Source of the DNA: Podarcis liolepis
Taxonomy: Eukaryota
DNA: 64,000 nucleotides
NCBI GenBank assembly: GCA_965112155.1
Contig: OZ218103.1
Strand: one strand, 5' to 3'
Part shown: positions 35,001 through 44,633 of the stretch, in pieces
Position numbering within the stretch: position 1 is the first letter of the stretch
How the letters are laid out: the number at the start of each line of letters is the position of its first letter
Notes under the pieces: generated by a model
What the model saw: only the letters and a program-made list of their open reading frames with translations
What the model was told of the DNA's origin: nothing
The model's database searches: none
Made by a program: the position numbers and the translations under genes

Positions 35001-38000
35001 AGCAAGTGACCTCTGTGGTTATAGGTGTGCCTTTTACCGGCTTCATCCAGTACACAAGCTAACAGCTGTATCTGGATTGGGTCAGCCTAGCCACTGTAGT
35101 TCACGAATTGGTAATCTTGAGACTGTATTTCTGCAATATGCTGCATGTAGGACTGCCCTTGGGCCTAGTCCAGAAATTCCTGCTGGTGCAGAATGGAGGC
35201 AAATGGCCGACTGCATGTGACACCTCTGCTAAAACATCTGCATTGGCTACCCACATGCTTCCAGGCATGTTACAGAGAACCCTGACTGGACTCAGCTGGA
35301 AGCTGAGCATACCGTGTTGCTGGTCCCATCCTGTGGAACACTCCTCGAGCTGGTTAGGCTTTCAAATTTTGAAGACCTGTGCATCTGCTTAATTTTTGGG
35401 GTTATCAGCCAGTCATTTTCATGATTATTTTTAAAAGGGTTTTTAATGGTGTTTCATATTGCATGGTGGACATTTTGTTGTACATCGGCCTGATATTTTA
35501 CGAGATGGGTGGCAGAATATAAATACTTTGATAAATAACAAGTAAGTAGCTGGGAAGCTGCCCTGTGGTCCATCAGATCCTCAGTGTCTGAAAGCTGTGG
35601 CCTTGGCAGGGCACATCTATGTGAAATGACAGCCTGACCTTTACGCCACAGAATATTTTCCCGGCGTGAGCACATGCGCATGCTCTCGCCCTCCCCCGCT
35701 CCTCAGGCTCATTTGGCAGCTTTGTGCGGCTGCAGCTGGGAATGCCAGCGTGTGTGTCATGGTCTGATAGTGACATGCCTCGTGGGCTGTTGGGCCGAAG
35801 GCTGAATGCATCGAAGAGTTAACTGCTGCCAACACATTTCCTTACTAAATGGTTCTGTGCATCCTGGAGGGTGCCTGTGGCGAGTGTAAAAACAGATATT
35901 TTTAAGAAATGAAATATGCAGCTTGAAGGGGAGGAAAGGAAAAGGCATTTACTTAACACAGAAATAACCCCTCCGATTAGGCTATACTGGAGGAAAGGAG
36001 TTCCAGATGGCTGAATAATTTGTATTCTGAATTATCGGCAGAAGTAAACACCCAAGAACAACAAAGCAATTTGCAGATTAAAAGGTGGTTCTTGCTGTTT
36101 GCTTTATCCTGACCAAGACCACCTGGGTGTGTGCACCATTCCGTTCCATGGAGAAACTGGCTGTTCCATCCATTGAAATGAATGGGAAAGCTCTTTAGAG
36201 TAAAGCAGTGCACCCATCAGAGAACCCCTCTGCCCACAGTGAATGTATGTGTTGGGCCAAGTATCTTCTGTGGGGCCTTTCTAAAAAAGCAGACATTTGC
36301 CTGTGTTTGCCTCTTGTTCTCTCTCTTTGGCAAGAGCATCAGACTCAGTTAAGTAGCCTGGATGTATAACAGACTACGGGGTACAATCCAGCCAAAGTTA
36401 AGCACTTTTATGTCTCATTGAGGTCAATGGGAGAGATTCAAGCACGTGCCCAGATGAATGGAAGAGCAACGTGAATTCCATCTAAACAGCTGCGCACACA
36501 GAGAGCCCAAACACTGAGCTGTTAATTTCACAGCACACAAACATAATTCTGTGATAACAGAAAACAGAAAAAGATAATCGCCCAATCTAGTTATACACAC
36601 ACACACGCAGCCGCTGTCAAATAATGCAGAGTAATATGCACGTTTCCATAGGAATTGCAGCCATGCTTCTGAACTCCAACCCTGACCTGTCCATCTCCGA
36701 GTTGAGGCAGAAGCTGATCCACTTCTCCAGAAAAAACCTCATCAATGAGGCTTGGTTTCCAGAAGACCAGAGGCTACTAACTCCAAACAGGGTAGCTGGG
36801 CTTCCCTCCAAACTGGTAGCAGGTGAGTGATCCTTATTCCCGTTGGCTTCATGCTTTAGTAGAAAAGCTTTGATAGGCCATGACAAGGGTCCATTTGACG
36901 TCCCCCTCCCCCCACCTTCCAAAATGCCACTTTTCCAGCTCAACTTTTGACTGGTTCCCAAGCACCTCCCTGAGATGGGTCTCATGAATGCGTGTGTGTT
37001 CTCCAGTTGGCTGGACCAGGGAAAGAGCTGCACTCTGTGGGGCACTGCTAGGCACCTCTAATGGCCACGAGCCACTTCCTTTCAGATGAGCAGCTGTACT
37101 GTCGTTCCGTGTGGTCTTCCCTCTCGGGGTCAACCAGCAAGTCGATAGCTGCCGCCCGCTGCAACAGCAACGAAGAAATGTTCAGCTGCTCAAGCTTATC
37201 GAAGAATGGCAAGCGGCGAGGCGAGCGCATGGAGGTGATGTTCTGTGGGGGGCAAGGCTACGTTTTGGAGTTGCTGTTTTACATGCAGACACAAGCTTTT
37301 CCGTGGGTTATGGAGGCTTGCTGGCACTTCCCTGTGTCTCACTGCTGTGCTTTCCAAATTCCAGGATTACGGAGGCAAGGAGGAGTGTGTGGCTCATAAT
37401 CGATTTGGGGGCCAAGGCGTCTATGCCATTGCCAGGTGCTGCATTTGGCCCAAAGCCGACTGCCAGGTTCATGCCCCCTCACAGACTGCAGAGGGCACGG
37501 CACTGCAGAGTGTCAGCTGCACCAAGGACGGCCATGTATTGACAGGTATGTGACGACAGCTGTGATGGATGCAATCCATATTGTCGTGCCAAAGCATCTT
37601 TCCCACGGGGGCTCTGTGTTGCCAAGGAGGGTTCTGTGCAGGGAAGAGCACTCCCTTACTGGACCCAGACTAATGTGGCCAATAATGTGTTGTGGCACAC
37701 TTGCAGATCTTATAGTTTGATGCAGCCACAGCCCCATCAGCATTACACTGTGTGGGTTGCGATGGGCTTTCCCACCTGCCATCTTGGGACCACTGTGCGA
37801 CATTTGCAAGCAACTCTTTCTGAGCTTGCATAGTTTGCACAATTAATAACTACCAGTAATGAAAATGGAACAGTTTATAAGTACAGTCGTACCTTGGATC
37901 CTAAACGCCTTGGTACTTGGACATTTTGGCTCCCGAATGCTGCAAACCTGGAAGTGAGTGTTCCAGTTTGCGAACCTTCTTCGGAACCGGAACGTCCGAC

Positions 38001-39569
38001 GGGGCTTCTGACTGGCTGCAGGAGCTTCCTTCAGCTAATCAAAAGCACCACTGAGGTTTCCGAACGTTTTGGAAGTTGAACTTCTGGAATGGATTCCATT
38101 CGACTTCCAAGGTACAACTGTATTTGCACTTGGGGAATTCTTCAAAGCTGGATAGAATTTATTTGGAAATTGACTAACACCTTTCTCTAAACTCACACAA
38201 GCAGAGTTTATTTATTTTAAAGCAGCAGGAAAGTCAAGTACTGGTCAAGGATCCTTAAAACAGCATGTAAACCTATTGCATTGTCATGGCAACATCCGCA
38301 CACATTGCTTATGCATGCACAATGCCCATGAGCAGTACAGTGCATGCACACCCAAGTGGGCAAAACAGCTTGTGGAAACAGGCCTTGCAGTAGGTCTGAA
38401 CAGACAAGGCTGTATCCCACACTACTGCTTGGTCTTTTCAAGGACAGCAAATTGGGTGATTTGGGTTCTTGCAAACGACAACATGTGGTAGGATGATGAT
38501 GTGAATTGGAGTGGGTGGGGACAGACAAGCAGAATGTGATGCTGATGCAGAAACCTCTTCCATACCCCAGCTAATTTCTGACATGCAGTATAAACCAAAG
38601 CAAACAGAACAAACAAAAATGGAGATTCCCAATGTGAACATTCCAAATCAACTTGTACCCATGATTGCGTTCATCTACACACACCCGTGTCACTGAGCAT
38701 ATACCCTAATATGATCTAAACTGGCAGGTTGCAGCTCTCATTCTCTGGCTGGAGATTTCAGTGACAGCATCAGACCTGAACTGGGGACAGAAAGCCACCG
38801 TGACCAGTGTGTTGGCCAGGCAGGTGCAACCGTGCATGCTTCCTGCTGCCATGCGCCCAGCCTAGAGTGCAAGGTGCAGGAATACTCTTCTCTGGAGTAC
38901 ACAGCAAAGGTATGTGGGTGTTATTCCTTTAGGGCATGAGTCACCAACCATTGTGGGTCCATGGGCTCATTTGAAACCTGGAGAAGCATGCACCCCACAA
39001 CTTACTCTGCTGGCTATGACAGACAGCTTCTTTCAAGCCTAACTTCAACCTCTGGCAGAGTTTAATCACTTTTGGGCCTCAAGTGGAGGCCACTTGCCAT
39101 ATGATTACTGGAATTTGCTCCATGCCCAAGCTGACTAAGAGACCACGAGACCCTTCTGCACAATGATCTTGTGGTCTTTTAGCTGCAAGTCCATTTCTTT
39201 GGGCAGGGATACTTGAACCAGGCGCAGTGGCAGCAGGGTTGTGGGATTCTTTGTATAAGAGGCTGCAAGGGAGAATGAATAGACTTATTTGGGGATGCCA
39301 CCTTTGGGGCTGCCTTATCTAGAGGTTTTCATCTTTGTTGGTGTTGACTAACCTTGCCTTCTCCATCACAGGTGATGGTGACTTGCGATGATGGCTGGAC
39401 TTTGACAGGATGCAGTGCCCAGTCCCATGGCCCCAACACACTTGGGGCATATTCTGTGGACAACACGTGCGTCGTCCTGAGCAGCCCAAGGGGCAAAGGA
39501 GCAGCAACTCTGGCCATCTGTTGCAGAAAGAGACTCTTGGAAGATAAGCATGGTTCCAATTATAAGTGA
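16903..39569 (+). CDS. PCSK9: Proprotein convertase subtilisin/kexin type 9, complete 12-exon gene, 678 aa. join(16903..17085,20739..20930,26379..26502,27848..27981,30563..30704,31425..31621,33055..33238,36652..36822,37086..37234,37365..37545,38728..38909,39372..39569)
   Basis: Spliced CDS 2037 nt, no internal stops, all introns GT-AG. Signal peptide, I9 prodomain, VFAQ|SIP autocleavage site, Asp (LLDTG)/His (DSHGTH)/Ser (SGTSQ) triad, oxyanion Asn (AAGN), 18-Cys C-terminal domain. Synteny with BSND and USP24. Confidence 0.97.
16915..16932 (+). repeat. (CTG)6 coding repeat, poly-Leu of the signal peptide
   Basis: ctgctgctgctgctgctg in frame. Confidence 0.9.
20038..20206. mobile_element. Tc2/pogo-type MITE in PCSK9 intron 1
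   Basis: TIRs CCGTATTTTTTGC / GCGAAAAATACGG, flanked by TA on both sides. Confidence 0.8.
20739..20930 (+). CDS. PCSK9: PCSK9 exon 2 (prodomain)
   Basis: cgcag|[16 protein letters not shown]...[13 protein letters not shown]|gtaagt; 192 nt. Confidence 0.96.
21385..21533 (+). mobile_element. Sauria SINE, 3' half
   Basis: cacatgacccggaagctgtacgccggctccctc...ggtcaggggtccctttacctttaccttta. Confidence 0.85.
25245..25305 (-). mobile_element. CR1 LINE 3' tail
   Basis: Reverse complement of gattcctgcattgcagggggtggaactagatgaccttgggggtccc. Confidence 0.6.
26379..26502 (+). CDS. PCSK9: PCSK9 exon 3 (autocatalytic cleavage site)
   Basis: gtgcag|[41 protein letters not shown]|gtaggt; 124 nt; absent from the supplied ORF track in this frame. 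Confidence 0.96.
27848..27981 (+). CDS. PCSK9: PCSK9 exon 4 (catalytic Asp, furin site RFHR)
   Basis: ttttag|(N)[25 protein letters not shown]...[10 protein letters not shown]|gtacgc; 134 nt. Confidence 0.96.
28762..29120 (-). mobile_element. L2 LINE 3' end (squamate type), PCSK9 intron 4
   Basis: tttataccccgcccatctggctaggtttccccagccactctgg...gggagggcgttccacagggcgggtgccac...; microsatellite tail at the left end; near-identical copy at 33808-34056. Confidence 0.75.
30101..30331. mobile_element. Tc1/mariner (Tigger-like) MITE
   Basis: TIRs CAGTGGTACCTTGGGTTA / TAACCCGAGGTACCACTG with TA TSDs; internal gtacctc(g/a)ggttaagaa repeats. Confidence 0.9.
30563..30704 (+). CDS. PCSK9: PCSK9 exon 5 (catalytic His)
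   Basis: ggcag|[21 protein letters not shown]...[13 protein letters not shown]|gtgagt; 142 nt. Confidence 0.96.
31425..31621 (+). CDS. PCSK9: PCSK9 exon 6 (oxyanion Asn)
   Basis: gacag|(G)LEFIKK...[11 protein letters not shown]...[20 protein letters not shown]|gtacgt; 197 nt. Confidence 0.96.
32435..32754. mobile_element. Non-autonomous hAT (Charlie-like) element in PCSK9 intron 6
   Basis: Perfect 8-bp TSD ctctaaac (32427-32434 and 32755-32762); imperfect TIRs CAGAGGTCGGCAA / TGGCCACCCCTG; CpG-rich internal inverted repeats. Confidence 0.85.
33055..33238 (+). CDS. PCSK9: PCSK9 exon 7 (EGF-A binding loop, catalytic Ser)
   Basis: catag|VITVGATN...[42 protein letters not shown]|gtaaag; 184 nt. 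Confidence 0.97.
33808..34056 (-). mobile_element. L2 LINE 3' end, second copy, PCSK9 intron 7
   Basis: Near-identical to 28781-28998; (AAT/AAC)n tail. Confidence 0.75.
34135..34770 (+). mobile_element. Old L2-clade LINE reverse-transcriptase fragment (continues at about 35020-35520)
   Basis: Degenerate RT peptides [18 protein letters not shown] and [22 protein letters not shown] (YADD-like), with frameshifts. Confidence 0.7.
34782..34917. mobile_element. Short hAT MITE inserted into the L2 remnant
   Basis: TIRs CACGGGTTCTGAAACTT / AAGTTTCAGAAACCCTG; 8-bp TSD cgttagag / cattagag; ggactaca...tgggagttgtagtcc core. Confidence 0.8.
36652..36822 (+). CDS. PCSK9: PCSK9 exon 8 (end of catalytic domain, hinge)
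   Basis: ccatag|(G)[25 protein letters not shown]...[27 protein letters not shown]|gtgagt; 171 nt. Confidence 0.95.
37086..37234 (+). CDS. PCSK9: PCSK9 exon 9 (CHRD module M1)
   Basis: ttcag|(D)[10 protein letters not shown]...[21 protein letters not shown]|gtgatg; 149 nt. Confidence 0.95.
37365..37545 (+). CDS. PCSK9: PCSK9 exon 10 (CHRD M1/M2)
   Basis: ttccag|[26 protein letters not shown]...GHVLT|gtatgt; 181 nt. Confidence 0.95.
37884..38120. mobile_element. Tc1/mariner (Tigger-like) MITE in PCSK9 intron 10
   Basis: TIRs CAGTCGTACCTTGGA / TCCAAGGTACAACTG with TA TSDs. Confidence 0.85.
38728..38909 (+). CDS. PCSK9: PCSK9 exon 11 (CHRD M2/M3)
   Basis: ggcag|(G)[60 protein letters not shown]|gtatgt; 182 nt; not in the ORF track. 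Confidence 0.94.
39372..39569 (+). CDS. PCSK9: PCSK9 exon 12 (CHRD M3, stop)
   Basis: cacag|[15 protein letters not shown]...[12 protein letters not shown]...[19 protein letters not shown]. Confidence 0.95.
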   Translation: MMVTCDDGWTLTGCSAQSHGPNTLGAYSVDNTCVVLSSPRGKGAATLAICCRKRLLEDKHGSNYK

Positions 39570-41882
39570 CAGACCTGTTCCCACCCCACCCTTTACTATC
39601 TATCCCTGGAACTACTGTGTTAAGACCACACCCCCATAACATCACCCTAGTGAAGAAGATATTCTTCCAGGTGGGACTCTAGAAAGCATTTGGGGTGACC
39701 TTAGTAGAATGCTCCGAGTTTACCAGTTTGCCAATAGTACCACCATCTTCACTATGGGGAGATGGTTCTAGTGATGCCCTCTCAGTAATACCAATTGAGA
39801 TGCATCCACAGAATGATGTTGACAGTAGGTTAGTCAATACTTCCCCTATCTGCCTTTTATATGTATGGCCAGCCACTTCCAGCCCTTTAGGATGTGTGAC
39901 AGCATCGGCTCCTTCCAAGTTTCTTCTTGTCCCAAAACTGCAGGGTAGCCAACCATACTCCTTATTGATGTGAACCCCCAGAGTGGTTTCATGAAAACAG
40001 CATGGATTGGGCAGTGCTCTGGGCTCAAAGTGACATTAATGCACATACATGCATTCACTTAATGGGTTTGACTTCTATGATTTTTGAAGAACTGTTCAGT
40101 ATTTCTTCAAAAGCTGGGGATAAAGAAGAAGAATGGGAGCTTTGGAGAGGACAACAGGTTTTTGTGGGACCTCAACCCCTTCATGATGTCTGAGGTGTAA
40201 CCAGCAACTCCCCTTTTGCAGTAATTAGAAGCTTTTGAACTAAATGTTGAGTATCCCCCTTAAGACATTTAATCTGGTAGCTGAAGCAGGATTTTGGATG
40301 GATATAATCAACTCAGTAACTGATGAGAGCTTATGCAGTGGGGCTGCCCCTCCTCCATATGTGCCCTGTGGTGCCCCCAAATCTACTGCAGAGGGCTGAG
40401 GGAACTCTCAGGAGAGATATAGGGTGCGGGGCAGGGGGGAAGAAGGCCCCATTATGCAAACGGAAGCTGTTCCACTCGCGCAATAAGTTTCCTACGACTC
40501 CATGTCGTGCATTGTATGCTCAGCGTCTCCCCCTCAAAGGGGTCATTCCTTGTTTTAAAAAACCATTTACTATGTTAAGTAGCATTGTACCTATCAGACC
40601 AGTCTTGTTTTGTAAACGTTTTGTTTTCACCTTCTCTCCCCAGCAAACATGGTTAACAAGGTTACTTGTCCAAGACAGAGTAGGAAAATAAGGTTAGTCC
40701 AGAAGACCCTCTCCTGGGATTCTTAAGCCATAACCTTTTACAGGAGGGAAGGGGAGCCTGTGGTCCTCCAGTTGTTGCTGGACCTACAACCCCCATCTTT
40801 CCTGACCACTGGCCATGCAACTGGGGAGTCTTGGGAGGTCCACAGGTCCCCCACCCCTGCCTAAGCACAGAGAAAAAGTTCCAGTGCCTAAAAATTCTCT
40901 CCTGTGTTAAGGCTGAGAGATCTCAGTATCTTGCTGTGGTTTAGCAAAGATGGGGGGAGTCGTCATGCCCATGGAGGGGCAGCATTCAGCTCATACAAAC
41001 ACACCCCTGCATTCCGTCAATATTTCAAGTTCTAAAGTGCCTTACGGACCCCATTTGCAATAATTAACAGAGAGCCTTGCAAATTTAAAACCCTCCTCCC
41101 TGAAAACAGGGAGTGGTCAGGATGACTTCTGATGCTGCCTTCTAACCTAGAAATACCCCATCTACAAGGACTGTTTACTGTGATCCCATGTTAAGGCGGC
41201 CATATTTAATTGGCCACTGTTGCCCCTACCTGTAATTGCGGAAGGCACTGCAAAAGTCATCAGCCGAGGTAGAGGGAACAGTTCAGATTTCATTGTTGGC
41301 CTACAAGAATACCACTGAGTTGTTGAAGAATAGATAAAAGTACCCAAAGCACTTAAGATTCAGGAGACCATGAACTATTATTGGCCATAAACCACACATG
41401 AGATACTGTGAAGTCAAGCACACTGTCAGCAATTTAGGCCAAATAGTTTGGTTTACTGATAAAGCACTTGGTAGCTACAATTTAATTTTTTGTTTTAAGC
41501 AGGCACAAGTCCTTCCCTCCTTTGGGTTTTTAGTCAAGTTTCCCAACTGCTTACATAATCAAAACTTTATCTGTTGATGTATATTGAAATAGTATGTTAA
41601 AAATACTCTGACAGACCAATCCTTCCCTGTTTTCTCAGAAGTGAGGTTTACTTTCCAGGTAAGTCTGCATAGGGCTGCAGTCTAAACAGCTTTTTCATAA
41701 GTAATGTAGACAGCATGTTATACTTTGTAAGTGTTTTTGAACTAACACACATATTAACTACTGTAATTGATAGGTGCTTAATGTAAAGAAAAGCTTTCCT
41801 CGTGCTGTGGGTTTTACATTTTTATCTGGAAACTATTTATTCTGTTTTATATAAAACATTTTATAATGTCATCTTTTTTTGG

Positions 41883-41888
41883 AATAAA
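41883..41888 (+). terminator. Likely PCSK9 poly(A) signal (3' UTR about 2.3 kb)
   Basis: AATAAA after a U-rich upstream stretch, followed by ttttcttggg and tgtgt. Confidence 0.55.
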
Positions 41889-42255
41889 GTTTCATATGAA
41901 TTTTCTTGGGAACGCATAACTGTGTAGCCTCCGCTTAAGCAGAATATTAACTACAGGTAACACAACTTACGCACATTTAACTTGTGTGCATTCAGCTTGG
42001 CTTTTTTAAAAAAACAAAAACAAAAACCTGGCAGTCCTGCCAACCACTTGCACCCAATGTGTTTTGACTAGATGCATTATTTTTGTTAGTTAGACAGCTA
42101 CCTGACATGACAAAGGTACAGATTTCTGCTAGTCTTCAGTGGAAATCTGAAGTATAGGGCAATTTCCTGAGTAAAACACCAGCAAAATGACACCTGACCT
42201 CTTTTCACAACCTAATGATCAGACTGGTCCTTTTTTGTGTGTGAGAGGAATAAAC

Positions 42256-42261
42256 TTTATT
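42256..42261 (-). terminator. Likely USP24 poly(A) signal (3' UTR about 2.3 kb)
   Basis: TTTATT on + (AATAAA on -) at the distal end of the AT-rich USP24 3' UTR; proximal candidate at 43867-43872. Confidence 0.55.
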
Positions 42262-44570
42262 CCATTGACCAGGATTTCCCCCCATGAGAACTGCCTTTTC
42301 TTTTCCAGTACCAAGTGCCTTAGGAATTAGTTGGACAAATCCACACACAGCTAAGAGTGCACAGTTGAATTGCAGCTGCCACCCCACCCCATAGAACATT
42401 CCATTAAACATATATCATATCCATTTTTCATCCAAAAAGACTGGCAGTAAAAGTGATCACAACATAGAAACATGTCACAATTTACACAGCAAACTAGATT
42501 TGTTGCATTTGGTTTTTTTAAAAAAATATTCTTCAGCAGATTCAAGTGATAGCAGCCAGAAATCAAATAATCAACCAATTGTTGTAGTTGAAAACGGTAA
42601 CCATCAACTCTGTACAAGCGGAAAGAGGACCAGAAAACAGCCTGCAATAATGTTATAATGTATGGTGGTAAAACAGAACATTCCTGGGGTTGAACGTTCT
42701 GTTTCAGTCTGAAAAGAGACCATCTTTTTCCATAGGAAATGATGGAAGCGCCAATGCCTTTGGACAAACAGGAGTGATACTTTTTAATATCACCTCTGTT
42801 AACACTCGCTTCTGGTTCAACTTAAAAGTGAAGATAGGTGCTGCAATAAAAATGGGGTGGGACATCAAAATTTATTCAAAATTTTAAAACACCACATTTA
42901 AAATTTTGGAGGCTTTTGATAAAATATCTGAATTCTGCCACATTTCAAAGAAGACACGTGTCTTGAGAGAAGCAAATTCAACTGAAATGTCATTGTTTTG
43001 CACATGCAGTGTTACCAACACGATTCCTTTGACTCAAAACACATGGCAGAGAATTCCAGCTGGAAGATGTATAGCTGTTTCCTTCAGCAGTGAAGTGACC
43101 TGTAATATTCACAACCAGTGCACAACTGTGAAGAAAGCTATTGTGTCAGATCAGGTTTTGCAATAGTACATAAAAGTGAAAAGAAAAAAGAGGCACTTTT
43201 TGGCTGTTTGTGCCTTTGACTTGGCAAACCTTTCTACAGTGGAGGTAACCCAGGCACTCTACAAGTTCCCCTCAATTCATGTGCATGGTGCATTTCATTT
43301 AAATTAAGGCAAAATCCTCGAACAAAGGCAAAAGCAGTGCAGAAAAAAAATGTGAAAAAACTAAAAACTAAAAATTGGCACAGAAGAAGAAGCTAGTACC
43401 CAGAGCTGCTAAAGACATCACTTAACTGCATTTCACATGGGAAAACTAAATTGTACCCATGTAGCTCAATTGGTTTCCAGTTATTAAGGAACAAATGAAC
43501 CTGTTGTATTTTCAATGCTGCCTGGCCAAGCAAAACAAAGCCTACAATCTTTGCCTGTGTTATTGTTTGTTTTTTTTAAAAAAAGATTCATATGTCCCCA
43601 TGTCACTCAAGGAATCATATACAGCCAATTCCAACTCTCAAATTCAAAAGCATAAGCAAATGATTGCAGATCACATCATTAAGACTACAATTTATTCAAT
43701 ATGTCTCCAAGTGTTAGAATGATGATTTAAGGAGGCAAAACAGCAATAAAATTCTGTCTTAAAGTGCTTTTTTTGTTTTTTGTTAAACTTACTCATCAAC
43801 ATTTTTTTTAAAAAGATCCACTGATGCCACAATACATAAATGTATTCTTGGAATAAACAAAGCTACTTTATTGCTCTTATCCATTTACTTTTAGCATCAG
43901 GAAAAAAAGTTACCAATTTCAGACTTCCTTGTACCAAAACCATTCCATAAGGAATAACCATCCTTACACAAAAGGGCTGCAAACCCTTTCTGCAAAGCGC
44001 TATACAAATGACCTAGGAGACATATTAAATACAAAGGTCCTTGTGTAAACTGATTCTTAACTAATAATTTACAATGCCAAGTGTAAGTCACACATTTTTA
44101 CATAATTTTGAATATCACTATTCAATATTTTCAGAAAGATTAAAAATTTGCCCTCCATACCTAAAGGCAGTCAGATTTTTTTCTTCTTCTGTATAAAAAC
44201 TGAAAGTTTTTTTTTTTTGCAGCATCACAGAAAAGCAAGTTTTTTTACATTCACTCATTAAAGGTTCACATAATAAAAATTTCAACCACTTGATATTTTT
44301 CCTTAAATTGGTAAAATCTTGTGACAGATTTTTAAACTCATGCTTGGACCAGCATCCCACAAGAACCACAAAGGATGCTGGGACTTCCCCCACAGCCTGA
44401 TGCTTAAACTTCTCAGTTGGAGAATCTCTCTTTAGGAAGTAGCATGGCCACTTTTTCTTAGAAAGCTTCACTTCTAAAAGATGAAAGCGATGGGATTTTA
44501 ACAATATCAGAAAGATGCCAGGGGTTCAATGCTTCCGTTGAACGCTTGTTCTTCAGCTTGCAGCTAACCA

Positions 44571-44633
44571 CTAAGGATCCACATCATCAAGGTCACTTTT
44601 AGGTTCACCAATCATCATTGGGGACACTGTGCC
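44571..44633 (-). CDS. USP24: USP24 last coding exon
   Basis: GTVSPMMIGEPKSDLDDVDP*(TAG). Confidence 0.92.
   Translation of the reverse strand, partial: GTVSPMMIGEPKSDLDDVDP

Noticed and set aside
16903-39569. PCSK9 as a pseudogene (exons 3 and 11 missing from the ORF track)
   Set aside because: Manual reading recovers all 12 exons in frame with canonical splice sites and no stops
39567-39625. Stop-codon read-through of PCSK9 (TGA-CAG)
   Set aside because: Not the strong TGA-CTAG context; the short extension has no evident motif
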